Of a stretch of DNA of 64,000 nt, positions 26,450 through 39,800 are shown in pieces (the stretch's first letter is position 1; each line of letters begins with the position of its first letter). The position numbers were made by a program, and so were the translations under genes. The DNA is from Paraspadella gotoi (Eukaryota; Animalia; Chaetognatha): assembly GCA_051294375.1 (NCBI GenBank), contig CM119264.1, positions 23,382,858 through 23,446,857 on the forward strand, in the 5' to 3' direction. The notes beneath the pieces are model-generated. The model made no database searches, was not told the DNA's origin, and saw only the letters and a program-made list of their open reading frames with translations.

Positions 26450-29399
26450 GAGAGAGATGAGAGACGGAGAGAGAGATGGAGAGAGAAGGCCTCATAAATC
26501 GGTGAAGAATCGTCGGTGGCGTCGATTTTACGACTCGACTTCGATTGTGAATTGTGATTCGAAGAGAAATTTCTGTCTGGCAGGAATCACGGAGTCGATT
26601 CCGTCAGAAAACTCGGAAGCGGAAAAAGGGTCACAATAAAAGGAGGAAAGTGAAGGCGACTTGCCAGCGATCAAAATTCACTATCACTTTCAGTTTCTCT
26701 CTTATTATTATTTCCGATATTCATTCTCACTTTTCTTAAACTCATTCGTTCGAAAAACACCAAATTCGTTTCACTCTTTCAATTCCGACATTTTTATTTT
26801 TGTTTCTTCGTCTCTTATCTTTTTTCAACGCAGTTTATGTTTTAATCTTGTTTTTGTGGGGAATAAGTAAAAACGTGGCAGACGACGACGATGACGAGGA
26901 CGAAGGCGGCAGAGGGCAGCTGCTTTCCGAATTACGACGGTCGAATCGGAAAGCAAAATCGGTCGTCGTGTCTCGTTCGTTCGTCGTCGTCGGCGGGATG
27001 GAAGATTAAAAATAAAGGGAAAAGTTGAGGGATCGAATTGTGTAAACAAACAAATAAAACAAACAAGATTGGTGGGGAAACCGGGCCCAGAACATAAAAA
27101 CTGGACCGCATGTGGCGTAACGTTCGGTGCGTTCGTTGGCGTGGTCGTGGCTGTGTGTTGGCGGTTGCCGTGGTCTGCGTTGTTTATGGATTGGTGGAGG
27201 TGTTTTTTTTTCAAGCTATAATTTTTTCCAAAACTACGAAAATATAAAAACAATAAAGAAATAGATTATTATAAATACTCCTAAGTTTCCAATAAATAAA
27301 ACGTTTGAAAAGTAAACAAACAAAGAGTATGAAGGATNNNNNNNNNNNNNNNNNNNNNNNNNAAAAAAAATTATTAACGGTGCAGACTGTAGAAAGGGGG
27401 AAAAAGAATATGGAGTGAATGGAAAGAATAATGAAATGATTTGTAAAAAAAAAAAAAATTAATATTAAGCAAGTAATACGATTCTTATATTTTTGATTAT
27501 TTGAGTAATAAAAAGGTTAAAAAACATTTTAGTGTGAGTGAGAAGAGAGGAAGTGTCAAAATTGAAACGTGGTGATATCACTTTTTCTGAACCCTTTTTT
27601 TTCTTTCTTTTCTTTTCTTCAATCTTTCTTACGTTTTCTTATTCTTCTAGATTTTCTTGCTTTCTTTCCTTTCTTCTCTTTCTCCTCCCCTCCTATTTTT
27701 ACGAGATTGACCCCGAAGACGCGGGCGACTCGGTTCGCTGCGAGACCCACAAATCCTTACGCAACCGAAATTTCCATAGCAACGAAGATTTCCCTGACAA
27801 CGAGATAGAGAGAGAGAGAGGAGAGGAGAAGAAGAGGAGGAGAAGCGTGAGAGAGGAGAGATGAGAGAGAAGAGAGAGAGCAGAGGACGCATAAACAATT
27901 CCTGGACCCAGGCGCCGCCTTTGCCGCAGCGGGTAGCCGGGGTTTGCCGACGTTCCGGCGGCCGGCATTTGCCTCTATCTCAGTTGTCCGTTGGAAATAA
28001 AATTGTATTGACTTTTTTGGTTTAAGGTTTCTGGATTGCAGCCCGATGACCTAGAAGAAAATAGTGAAAGAAAGAGAGAAAGAGAAAAAGACAAGAGAGG
28101 GACGAAAGAGAGGGACGGAGAGAAAAAGACAGGAGGGCAAAATGAAGGAGGAATGACCACACTAGCGCTGTTTATTTTTTTTCGGTTTTCGTCTTTTTCG
28201 TCGTCGTTGTCGTCCGTCGTCTCCATCTTTTATCTTTAATATCCATCCACTTTCGTCACAAATCGTCGTTCGTTTCGCTCGGTTATCGTCCGGTCGTGAT
28301 TGGTGCTCCATTTTTGCGCCGAATTTCCTCAAATTCTGATTATTTTTCCTCCTTTTTTCACTTTTTTCGCGAATTGTTTGCCTCTCTGATCCGAGGGGAA
28401 AGCGTCTCTTGCTCTCTCGTTTTCCCTTTCTTTTCATTTCTTTCCTCTTCTTTGTCGTCGTCTGTCGGGGTCGGCTCAGTCGGCGTCGTTCTTTGTTGAC
28501 CAGATGAGTTTTGACGCTAAAGGATGAACCGAAGCGAAAGCCTCCTCGATTTCCACGACCCCCCCCCCGGAAAAAAAAAAGAAAGAGAAAAATAAAAGGA
28601 GAAGAAATTTCAAGAGACAATGAGAGAATGATCGGCCGGAAACGAATGAAAAGGGCAAAAAGCCGGACGAGCGGGAAAAGGCGCGAAATGGAAAAAGGGA
28701 AAAAAATGGCGGGGGGAAAAAAGAAATAAAAAGAAAGTAGTTTCAAAAAGTCACAGTAAAATTTGCAAAAATCGTAAAACTATGGTTTAAAAAGGAAATA
28801 GTTGAGGGAAAGACCAAAAAGAGCAAATAAATAAAGCATTAACAGACTGTCTAAGATAATAGATCAGGACAGGTAAAAGGGTAAACCGGAAACGACAGAT
28901 CTCAGTCATCAATCGCAAAAAAATTATTGAGAATATGTTCTAATAGGAAAAGCCGAGGTTGTCTCTAATTAATAATTCTTATTGACATAAAAATTATTAT
29001 CTGAACAGATTTAGAAAAAAAAAAGAAAGAGAGAGAGAGCCTGAGAGACAGAGAGGAGGAGAGAGATATCTCTCCAGGATGCTTTTATTGGACATGGAGT
29101 GAAAATTTGCCGGACTTGGCGCGTCGTTGAAGATCGCGGCCCAGATCCGAGCTTGGGCAGATCTCGGCGGCGGTCCAAAGGACGGGGCCCAAATTGGGAA
29201 GATTCGGCGGCAGAGCGAAAGAAGAGGGAAGTCTTTATGATGTGCAGATAAATGCGAAGTTCACGGGCTCGGGGGGGACGGCAGGCGATCAATTATGGAA
29301 GTTTACTGTTTTGTATTTAATTATGCTATAGTAGATTTTCTAATTTAATTTGATGCGAAGAGGCATCGGTTTTTCATCTTTCCCATTCTAACGTATACC

Positions 29400-32300
29400 T
29401 ATTAGCGCGGAGTATTAAATACATTTCCTTTGAATTGCGTCATCTTGTGTTCCCCTTAATATTTTGATTTATATATTTTTTAATAAATTATAACATTTTC
29501 GCGTGGTTTTAGTCGCTAAACCGTTCCGGTCGAGGACAAAAGGTAACATGTGTTCGTCGCTTTTCTTGAAAAAAAATTTCGAGGCCGTCCAAGAATTCTC
29601 CCAGTTTGTCGTCTGCTCAAATCCAAACTCGAAGCGCGACCTCTTGATTGTCGAATTTATGAGATCCACAGCTGCTAGGAGCGTGAAATGTACTCAATCC
29701 GAACGTAAAGAGCGACATCTTAAACGTAAGAATTTTATTGCGGAATATACGGAAAAACTTTTATTTTATTCGTAGCTTTTTAGTAATTAGATAGTATTTA
29801 AAGCACACACAATTGCCAAAAGAAAAAAACACCCAAGGACTTGTTATATTAATCCAGTCATAGGGTATCTAAGCCTTTACCAAACGCCGATCTGCCTTGC
29901 TTCGCGATCGTGCTGAAAGCTTGTCTTTTTCAAGCAGGTTGTACGAATGTTAATCCGATTGCTAAGGCTTTTTTATAACTAGTTATTAATGTCTTGCTTT
30001 CAAATTTTTTAAATACATTCTTATTAAAAGGAGTATTAACAACTAAATATTTTAAAATATCGAGAATTATTGTTATTAAACTTAATCCCGTTAACCTTCA
30101 GAAAAAAGGGATAAGATGGCATCGGTTTTTCAAAGCATAGCGTGTGAAATATCGCACTTTACAAGAAAAAACAAATTCTTCACTTGCGTATTTCAATGAA
30201 AATTCCATTCGCATTTCCGAATTTCAAAGGAATGCGAACCTCGCTAATCAGAATTTCGGACGAACAGAAAACAGAAAAGGCCAAAGAAAAGCGTTTTGAC
30301 GATCCTTGGGATCGCTTATTTGATATACTCCGCTGTTAAGGTGTATCATTAAAAGCTGTGTGGATTGATGTGCAACCATTGGACTGTGACGGAAAATTGT
30401 GAGGAAAAAGCACATATCGTGTGTGCTCATGTCCACGGGAAAATAAAAATTCCCAAAACGGAACTCTCTTTTATCAAGGACCAAAGAGAAAGAGTCGGGT
30501 CATCTTGGAAAATTACCGGCTTGACGTATTGGATCAACAAAGAAACCAAAACGGGCTGCAAAAAAAACTTGAAGAGAAAGAAAAAGGAAAAGAAAAGCAA
30601 AGAAGGAAAGCTTCAATGAAAATAGAAAAATAGCAACTAAAGAAAGAAGAGGTTTCACAAAAAACTTATGCCAAAATTTTTTCAATTGAATTAGTTCCAA
30701 GGTGAGTATTTCATGTGATACATAGGATGACCACTACTCTTGATGCTTTCACATGAGACTAAAACAGTGTGATAGAAAAAAATTCAAATGTAAAAAACTG
30801 CAAACTCGGCGCTCAACTGTCTTCGCTTCACACGGCTACCGCCCGCATATGAAGTCAATCGCTGCCGAAAACGTTCGCGAAAATGGCGTGCGATAGTCAC
30901 TGCAACATTAATCGACTTGGTCTGTACAGAAGGAAAATTAACTTAATTGTGACCGAAATTAATATAAGACGAGAAAAAGAAAATGCTTGATAAAAGTTAT
31001 CAGAAAAAAAGAAATCGCGGATTTAAAATCCAGCGGAATAAAGCATTATATTTTGCATGGATAAGATCATTTCCAACAATAGAAATGAGGCAAACCAAAC
31101 TGGCTTTAAACAAAAAACCAGAGAAGCAAGAACAAATTGCGGTTATGAGCAAACCCTAGCGAAATATTGTCACTCATTTAACGCCACCACGAAAAAGGAC
31201 ATTGCAACTGCAACTGCCATTACAGATTTTGTTCATCAAAACAATTGAATGACAATTTTTATGTTTTTCGGATGGTTTTAGGAGGAGACTCAACCAATAC
31301 CAACACAGGATGGGAAAATGGAACTTTGCACGACATAGAAAAGATATTGTGGACCATCGATTTCATTGGATGATTTGCAGCCTTCATACAAATTGAATTT
31401 ATGGCCTCCGTATCTTGTCAAGTTGACAACAAAGTGGGTTCAAATTCTTTTTGAAGCTCCCATTTGGACCACTTCTCCAGTCTGTGAATCTTTGTCTTGG
31501 AATGAAAACTTTTGGAGAAGGGTTGACATTGGCAGATTCGACTTCTCCCTGAGCAGGTGGTTTCAGATCTTTCCCCGTGACCAACGCTACTCTGGTTATT
31601 GCGGTTAGAAAGCATAGGGAAGGAAAAATTTGTCCATGAGCTTAATAAACATAACTCCGGACCAATCAGCCATTCCAGCATGTGTTAAACTCTTGCATGT
31701 CGCTTTTACTTCGTCTATATATGTCTTTTAAGGCTTGGAAGGGAAAGTTAAAAAAAAATCTCTATGAGGTTGATTGTATTTATTGTATTCGAATTATGCA
31801 GTCATGTGGTTGAGTGGAAATGTTTATCTGATCTCAAGGTAGCTCCAAAAATGTTTTTATCAATACAATACTCGGTTACCTCACTGTTCAAAACAAAAAA
31901 ACCAATTGTGAAGCCTTATATAAAGTCATGGTATGCTCATCCTAAAGTTTGTTAATTAGCTATGTTGTCAGATGATGATTCACAAATTTAGATCAAGCAC
32001 TTTGAAAAGATTTTCAAGTTAAAGAAAGGCCCGACAGGGTGACAAATTCTGTAAGATCTTCAAAGCCTCCCGAATTTGAATTTTTAATGCCAATAAATTA
32101 TGTTCGATTATTTATAGATTGGGAAAAAAGTTGTTATAACCGAATCAATTTTAACTTGTTCACTTCAATTAAAGAACTAGAAAAATATTAAATATTGAAA
32201 AAGCTCATTCTTCCCCCATTTCCAACACATACACAATCGGTTTTGAACGTTTAATAGAGGACAAACAGATTGTTGCGACTCATGTTGCTGGTTTTAATAA

Positions 32301-33497
32301 CCGAGATGGGTACATACGGTGCTAGAATTGCTTCGCGATTAGCAGTTCCTAAAGCTGATGACAAAAAAAAAACTGATTATATGTCTAGATATTTAAATAA
32401 ACATTATTTTTAGCAGGAAATAAGAATTCTTTACTCAACTTTATTCAATGTGCTAGCAATTAAATTGAACTAACATTTTTAAGCGCCTATAGAAGCCTGC
32501 TTTTAGTGGTGTCATGCTGCCGCTCAATAGAAAGAAAGCTGCCTGTTTGAATCCTCTGAATGTTTACTCGGTGGTTGTCATGGCGCTAGAAAGCTGCTGT
32601 GAATCCTCCGAGAGGTTTGTAAGGCTTTTAAGTGGGCTGCTTTATGCTGTTTCTATTTCGTTATCCATTTGTGGCGCATTTTGTATAAAGTCATTAAATG
32701 TAGTATATTCGATGTTTATTAAAACTCCTTTTGTTAAAAAAAAGAATTTTAAATCTTAAGTTAATCTTGTTATATATTGGTACTGTTTTTTAGCTTCAGG
32801 GTATGAAGCCCTTATAGTTCTGCTTAGCAGTTGGTTGTGTCTCTCAACATATTACTGTCACTGTTATCAGAACTGTTGGGGATTCGGCTACTTTGATTCT
32901 TCATAAAATAAAATAAATAGGTTATACCTAAGTCTGTTGAAAACTTCGGAGCTAGAGCCTTACCAATTGGACCGTTGTACCTTTAAAATTTATTATTATA
33001 TTATTAATATTAAATATATTATTTATATATGAAATATATATTTTTAGTAAGTTAAAAATAAGTAAGTATATTAATCCTTTTTTTCTCCATTCCATGGTAC
33101 GTTGTTTGAAGGCAGTCTACCTGAGCAGCCCTCATGTCTCGTTTGGCCTTTTTTTTTGTTTGTAATAGAAAACCATAACTGAAAAAAGCTTAAATAAATA
33201 TTCATAAATATCTATAATTTAGATTTCAGAACATAAAAATTAAATAATAATTTTTGTTATTTTAGCTATATTACATTAAAAAAATCAAATCAAATCAAAA
33301 TATTCTTTTTGTAGATTTTTTGCAATTTTTGCATCATTCAAGCTTCAGGTCGTATTATAAACTCGATAGGACGGGAAAAACTGGGGCCAGCGAATATTGG
33401 TTTTTTACTTCTAGGGCATAACACTACACTTAATTTCCAAAAATTAAGAAGCGGCAAGAAGGAATTGAACACGTTGTATTTATACTTCCGCCATTAA
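29400..33497 (+). mobile_element. hAT-superfamily DNA transposon (divergent hATm/hATx-like branch), ~4.1 kb, apparently full length
   Basis: The left end TATTAGCGCGGAGTATTAAATACA and the reverse-complemented right end TTAATGGCGGAAGTATAAATACA form an imperfect TIR. TATACC(T) is duplicated at 29394-29399 and 33498-33503. The flanks join directly in other copies of the locus (~9805, ~25750). A DDE transposase lies inside. The subgroup is inferred from recalled motifs. Confidence 0.85.
30110..32380 (+). CDS. hAT-like DDE transposase, frameshifted in this sequence (probably read errors); boundaries approximate
   Basis: Manual translation across frameshifts gives motifs in the expected order: RLFDIL.CKC (~30315), CSCP..KIPKTELSFIKDQR (~30421-30485), LYFDG.KD (~31046, first D), GGDSTNTNTGW (31281-31313, second D), HWMICSLHTNE (CxxH, ~31364), DL..DQRY (~31567), PGPISHS.WLTLACR.LRLYMS (~31658), WYAHP..LL.AMLSDD (~31928), FPTHTQSVER (~32220, catalytic E), RDGYIR (~32302). 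Confidence 0.85.
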
Positions 33498-34200
33498 TAT
33501 ACCTGATAAGTCCCTCTTTCCTTTTCTACTTCCTTTCTCTCTTCCTCTCTCCTTCCTCCCTCGCTCTTTCTTCCTACCTTCCTTGTCCCGCTCGCGAAAA
33601 CGTCAAATGGAAACGAGAAAGCAAGTTACAGGTGCGACGACGACGACGACGACGGACGATGGATGCCGCATTCGTCGGGTGTGAAGGGCCGATTCAACGA
33701 ATCTGAACGTGCGACACTCAAAGTTTTCTTTTTTTTCTTCTCTTCTTTTCTTTTTCTGTTCTTTTCTTTTCTTTTTCTCTCTTTCCTATTATTCTTTTCC
33801 ATGTCTAATCTCTAATCAGTACTTCCCTTTTTTTTTGCTTTTACTTTCTCTCTTTTTTATGTTTTCTTTTCTCTCCTTTCTTTCTCCACCTTCTTGTCCG
33901 GTTTAAAACTCGTCAAGGGTCACCCCTTCTACCTTCCTCCCCCTCTCCCTCTTCCTTCATTCATCCTCCTCCTCCTCACCTCTCCGACCTCCTCCTCGGA
34001 AATTCCAAAGCAGGCAAAGAGTTTTCGCTTCTTTCGCCAATAATTCGTTGTCAGAAGGTCGAAGTCTAATCAGAGGCCGACGGGCTTTGTTTTTTGGGTG
34101 GAAGAATTGAAACAGGGGAGAGAGTGTTGTCGTTGTTGGAATGAGTGGATGTTGAGAGGTGAGAGAGAGAGAAGAGAGAGAGGATAAGATGAGAGAAAGA

Positions 34201-34239
<39 letters not shown>

Positions 34240-36777
34240 CCCTCATAAATCGGTGAAGAAGTCGTCGGTGGCGTCGATTTTACGACTCGACTTCGATTGT
34301 GAATTGTGATTCGAAGAGAATTTCTGTCTGGAGAATCACGAGTCGATTCCGTCAGAAACTCGGAGGCGGAAAAGGAGTTCACAATAAAAGGAGGAAGTGA
34401 GGCGACTTTGCCAAGGATCAAAATTCACTATCACTTTCAGTTTCTCTCCTACTATATTATTTCCGATATTCATTCTCACTTTTCTTAAACTCATTCGTTC
34501 AAAAACCAAATTCGTTCACTCTTTTCATTCACTTTATTTTTGTTTCTTCGTCTCTTATTCTTTTTTCACGAGTTTATGTTTTAATCTTGTTTTGTGGGGA
34601 ATAAAAGTAAAACGTGGCAACGACGACGACGACGATGACGATGACGAGGACGAAGGCGGCAGAGGGCAGCTGCTCCGAATTACGACGGTCGAATCGGAAG
34701 CCAAAAAATCGTCGTCGTCGTCGTCGTCGTCGTCGTCGGCGGATGGAAGATTAAAAATAAAGGGAAAAGTTTGAGGATCGAATTGTGTAAACAAACAATA
34801 AACAAACAAAGATTTGGGGGGAAACCGGGAGAACATAAAACTGGACCGCATTGGTGGCGTAACGTGGGTGCGTTGTTGGCGTGGTCGTGGCGTTTTGGCG
34901 TGTTGCCGTGGTCCTGGCGTTGTTTTATGGATTGGTGGAGGTGGTTTTTTCAAGCTATAATTTTTTCCCAAAACTACGAAATATAANNNNNNNNNNNNNN
35001 NNNNNNNNNNNNNNNNNNNNNNNNNNNNNNNNNNNNNNNNNNNNNNNNNNNNNNNNNNNNNNNNNNNNNNNNNNNNNNNNNNNNNNNNNNNNNNNNNNNN
35101 NNNNNNNNNNNNNNNNNNNNNNNNNNNNNNNNNNNNNNNNNNNNNNNNNNNNNNNNNNNNNNNNNNNNNNNNNNNNNNNNNNNNNNNNNNNNNNNNNNNN
35201 NNNNNNNNNNNNNNNNNNNNNNNNNNNNNNNNNNNNNNNNNNNNNNNNNNNNNNNNNNNNNNNNNNNNNNNNNNNNNNNNNNNNNNNNNNNNNNNNNNNN
35301 NNNNNNNNNNNNNNNNNNNNNNNNNNNNNNNNNNNNNNNNNNNNNNNNNNNNNNNNNNNNNNNNNNNNNNNNNNNNNNNNNNNNNNNNNNNNNNNNNNNN
35401 NNNNNNNNNNNNNNNNNNNNNNNNNNNNNNNNNNNNNNNNNNNNNNNNNNNNNNNNNNNNNNNNNNNNNNNNNNNNNNNNNNNNNNNNNNNNNNNNNNNN
35501 NNNNNNNNNNNNNNNNNNNNNNNNNNNNNNNNNNNNNNNNNNNNNNNNNNNNNNNNNNNNNNNNNNNNNNNNNNNNNNNNNNNNNNNNNNNNNNNNNNNN
35601 NNNNNNNNNNNNNNNNNNNNNNNNNNNNNNNNNNNNNNNNNNNNNNNNNNNNNNNNNNNNNNNNNNNNNNNNNNNNNNNNNNNNNNNNNNNNNNNNNNNN
35701 NNNNNNNNNNNNNNNNNNNNNNNNNNNNNNNATATAAAAACAATAAAGAAATAGATTATTATAAATACTCCTAAGTTTCCAATAAATAAAACGTTTGAAA
35801 AGTAAACAAACAAAGAGTATGAAGGATACAACATCATCCCGATATCACAACATCACAACCCGTCGATGATACCGAGACAATCGAATATAAAAACAAAAGA
35901 AAGAAAAAAAAACGTTAAAAAATCGCGAAATCTCAAACTTTTGATCCGAATAAAAGAAATTCGACTCCAATCAAAACTGGAGATTCACATATTTTTTTTC
36001 TTCTTTTTTTCTCAAAATTTTTAGAAAAAAGGGATTGTTTTCGTAAAGAAAATATCTGAAGATGGAAAAAGGGAGATGGGGAGAACGGGATGAAAAAGAA
36101 GGGAAAGNNNNNNNNNNNNNNNNNNNNNNNNNNNNNNNNNNNNNNNNNNNNNNNNNNNNNNNNNNNNNNNNNNNNNNNNNNNNNNNNNNNNNNNNNNNNN
36201 NNNNNNNNNNNNNNNNNNNNNNNNNNNNNNNNNNNNNNNNNNNNNNNNNNNNNNNNNNNNNNNNNNNNNNNNNNNNNNNNNNNNNNNNNNNNNNNNNNNN
36301 NNNNNNNNNNNNNNNNNNNNNNNNNNNNNNNNNNNNNNNNNNNNNNNNNNNNNNNNNNNNNNNNNNNNNNNNNNNNNNNNNNNNNNNNNNNNNNNNNNNN
36401 NNNNNNNNNNNNNNNNNNNNNNNNNNNNNNNNNNNNNNNNNNNNNNNNNNNNNNNNNNNNNNNNTTTTTTTTTATAAAGTTTTAGTTATATTTTATCAGA
36501 AAATTTTATCACTTCGGTCTTGAGAAGAGAGAAAGAGGAGAAGTCGCAGTTTTTTAACGATCAACTTTTTCTAACAACAAAATTTTTTTTAACATCAATT
36601 TTTTTAGCATCGCAATTCTTTTATTAGGTGATTGAAGCTTTGGAAGGATGAAGAAATGAATAATATTACTTATTACCATATTATCATTGAGTAAACGGAA
36701 AGACAAAAAAATAATTTAATAATAAAATAATAATAAAACTGAGAAAATGAATAAATTGTAAAAGACGAAAAATGTAA

Positions 36778-36878
36778 GAATAAATGAATTAATAAATTAA
36801 TAAATGAATGAATAAATGAATGAATGAACGAATGAATAAACGAATGAATGAACGAATGAATAAATGAATTAATAAAAT
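36778..36878. repeat. Degenerate (AATG/AATA)n microsatellite
   Basis: Repeated AATG, AATA and AACG tetramers. Confidence 0.85.
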
Positions 36879-39800
36879 AAGTGCTTTAGTAGAGTACTTT
36901 GGATTCTCACCGAAAACATTTTCTTTTCTATCAACTTTTTTTCCCCTCAAACACAATTATTTTTTTTAACAAGCGGATTTTTTCTCCTCCCTCTATTCTC
37001 CGCCCCAGTCGCGTACAATCATCTCCTTTGTTTCCCTTTTGTTTTTCGCGGCAGAAATCCTTTTTTTTTCCTCGCTACTATTTTTCACGTTTATTATTTA
37101 GCTTCTTTTTTTTNNNNNNNNNNNNNNNNNNNNNNNNNNNNNNNNNNNNNNNNNNNNNNNNNNNNNNNNNNNNNNNNNNNNNNNNNNNNNNNNNNNNNNN
37201 NNNNNNNNNNNNNNNNNNNNNNNNNNNNNNNNNNNNNNNNNNNNNNNNNNNNNNNNNNNNNNNNNNNNNNNNNNNNNNNNNNNNNNNNNNNNNNNNNNNN
37301 NNNNNNNNNNNNNNNNNNNNNNNNNNNNNNNNNNNNNNNNNNNNNNNNNNNNNNNNNNNNNNNNNNNNNNNNNNNNNNNNNNNNNNNNNNNNNNNNNNNN
37401 NNNNNNNNNNNNNNNNNNNNNNNNNNNNNNNNNNNNNNNNNNNNNNNNNNNNNNNNNNNNNNNNNNNNNNNNNNNNNNNNNNNNNNNNNNNNNNNNNNNN
37501 NNNNNNNNNNNNNNNNNNNNNNNNNNNNNNNNNNNNNNNNNNNNNNNNNNNNNNNNNNNNNNNNNNNNNNNNNNNNNNNNNNNNNNNNNNNNNNNNNNNN
37601 NNNNNNNNNNNNNNNNNNNNNNNNNNNNNNNNNNNNNNNNNNNNNNNNNNNNNNNNNNNNNNNNNNNNNNNNNNNNNNNNNNNNNNNNNNNNNNNNNNNN
37701 NNNNNNNNNNNNNNNNNNNNNNNNNNNNNNNNNNNNNNNNNNNNNNNNNNNNNNNNNNCTCTTAAACTTTTAAATGGGAGAGGGAGGGCGGAAGGGGTGA
37801 AAGAATATTTCAAATTTACCAAGACTTCTTTTTCTTTCTTTCTCTTTCTTCATATCTCTCTCTCCCTCTCTCTCTCAGACAAAACGGCTTTGTTACGGAT
37901 GTTTCATGACGCCACCACTGGAGGCGCTGAAATCTCCTTCCTCCTTCATTAAAATATAAAAACGCCAAGTATAAAAAAAAAATAAGGAAAAACAAAAGAA
38001 AAAAAAACACACGAAACGAGAAGAAAAAACAAAAGAACAAATTTTTTTTTATCGAAATCAAATCCATGAACTCCACGTTACAGGAAATTCGTTTTTTTAT
38101 TTTGCTTCGTCAGGNNNNNNNNNNNNNNNNNNNNNNNNNNNNNNNNNNNNNNNNNNNNNNNNNNNNNNNNNNNNNNNNNNNNNNNNNNNNNNNNNNNNNN
38201 NNNNNNNNNNNNNNNNNNNNNNNNNNNNNNNNNNNNNNNNNNNNNNNNNNNNNNNNNNNNNNNNNNNNNNNNNNNNNNNNNNNNNNNNNTCCGATTAAAA
38301 CGGCAGGGAGACTTCCTTTGATTATAATAATAAGCAGAATAATAATGATTATGCGATTCACCCTAATTTTTAGCGAAAAAAAATAATTACAATCAGGAGT
38401 ACCATGAGAAATAGGAAACTTTCTTGCGTTTCCTTCTTTTCGAGATTTTGTAAAAGGAAGATACAGAGTTGAATATTTTTTTTTATTTCTCCTTCGCGAA
38501 AATTGTATTCGGGCGAGAAAACGTTTTAATGTTTATTTTTATATCAATATTCAATTGTGGTATTTTGGCCTCGCCATACATACGTATTATTATTGCGCCA
38601 AGTTTAAATCTCCGGCCAAAATCTTTTTAAGGTCAAAAGGGTCTACGGTCAATCGTTTGTCATTATCTTTGTCGTCGTCGTCCTCATTATTTCTTCCGTC
38701 AGACGATTAAAAAAAAATCGAATGGAAGATTAATATTTTTTTTTTGTCTCGGAGGTCGCGGTGCCACCGCGGGTTCCGGTTCCATCCATGGAACCAACTT
38801 CCATTTCGAGTCTCGGGTTCCTCGATCCGTCGATCTTTCCACGTGTCCGTCGTGTCCGTCTTAAGACATCGTGGTCTCTCATCCGGAAAAAGAGGATGAA
38901 CACGAAGGNNNNNNNNNNNNNNNNNNNNNNNNNNNNNNNNNNNNNNNNNNNNNNNNNNNNNNNNNNNNNNNNNNNNNNNNNNNNNNNNNNNNNNNNNNNN
39001 NNNNNNNNNNNNNNNNNNNNNNNNNNNNNNNNNNNNNNNNNNNNNNNNNNNNNNNNNNNNNNNNNNNNNNNNNNNNNNNNNNNNNNNNNNNNNNNNNNNN
39101 NNNNNNNNNNNNNNNNNNNNNNNNNNNNNNNNNNNNNNNNNNNNNNNNNNNNNNNNNNNNNNNNNNNNNNNNNNNNNNNNNNNNNNNNNNNNNNNNNNNN
39201 NNNNNNNNNNNNNNNNNNNNNNNNNNNNNNNNNNNNNNNNNNNNNNNNNNNNNNNNNNNNNNNNNNNNNNNNNNNNNNNNNNNNNNNNNNNNNNNNNNNN
39301 NNNNNNNNNNNNNNNNNNNNNNNNNNNNNNNNNNNNNNNNNNNNNNNNNNNNNNNNNNNNNNNNNNNNNNNNNNNNNNNNNNNNNNNNNNNNNNNNNNNN
39401 NNNNNNNNNNNNNNNNNNNNNNNNNNNNNNNNNNNNNNNNNNNNNNNNNNNNNNNNNNNNNNNNNNNNNNNNNNNNNNNNNNNNNNNNNNNNNNNNNNNN
39501 NNNNNNNNNNNNNNNNNNNNNNNNNNNNNNNNNNNNNNNNNNNNNNNNNNNNNNNNNNNNNNNNNNNNNNNNNNNNNNGTGAAGGGGGAGAAATGGGGGA
39601 AAGAGGGAGGAAGAAGAATTATATCGAACTGTAGTTGTGCGACAAAAGGATTTCATTCATAAGATTCTAAAAAGACGAGTTTTATCGCTTATTTTATTCT
39701 TCGTTATAGTCTGAATTATGGGCAATGGGCTTTTTCATAATGCATATAAATATCGTCCTCTATTTTCGTTGTGATTATTATCGTCAGTTTATTCATCTTT

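Noticed and set aside
31366-31681. Separate small ORFs on both strands (31366-31608, 31399-31584, 31418-31681)
   Set aside because: They are off-frame or antisense readings of the frameshifted hAT transposase.
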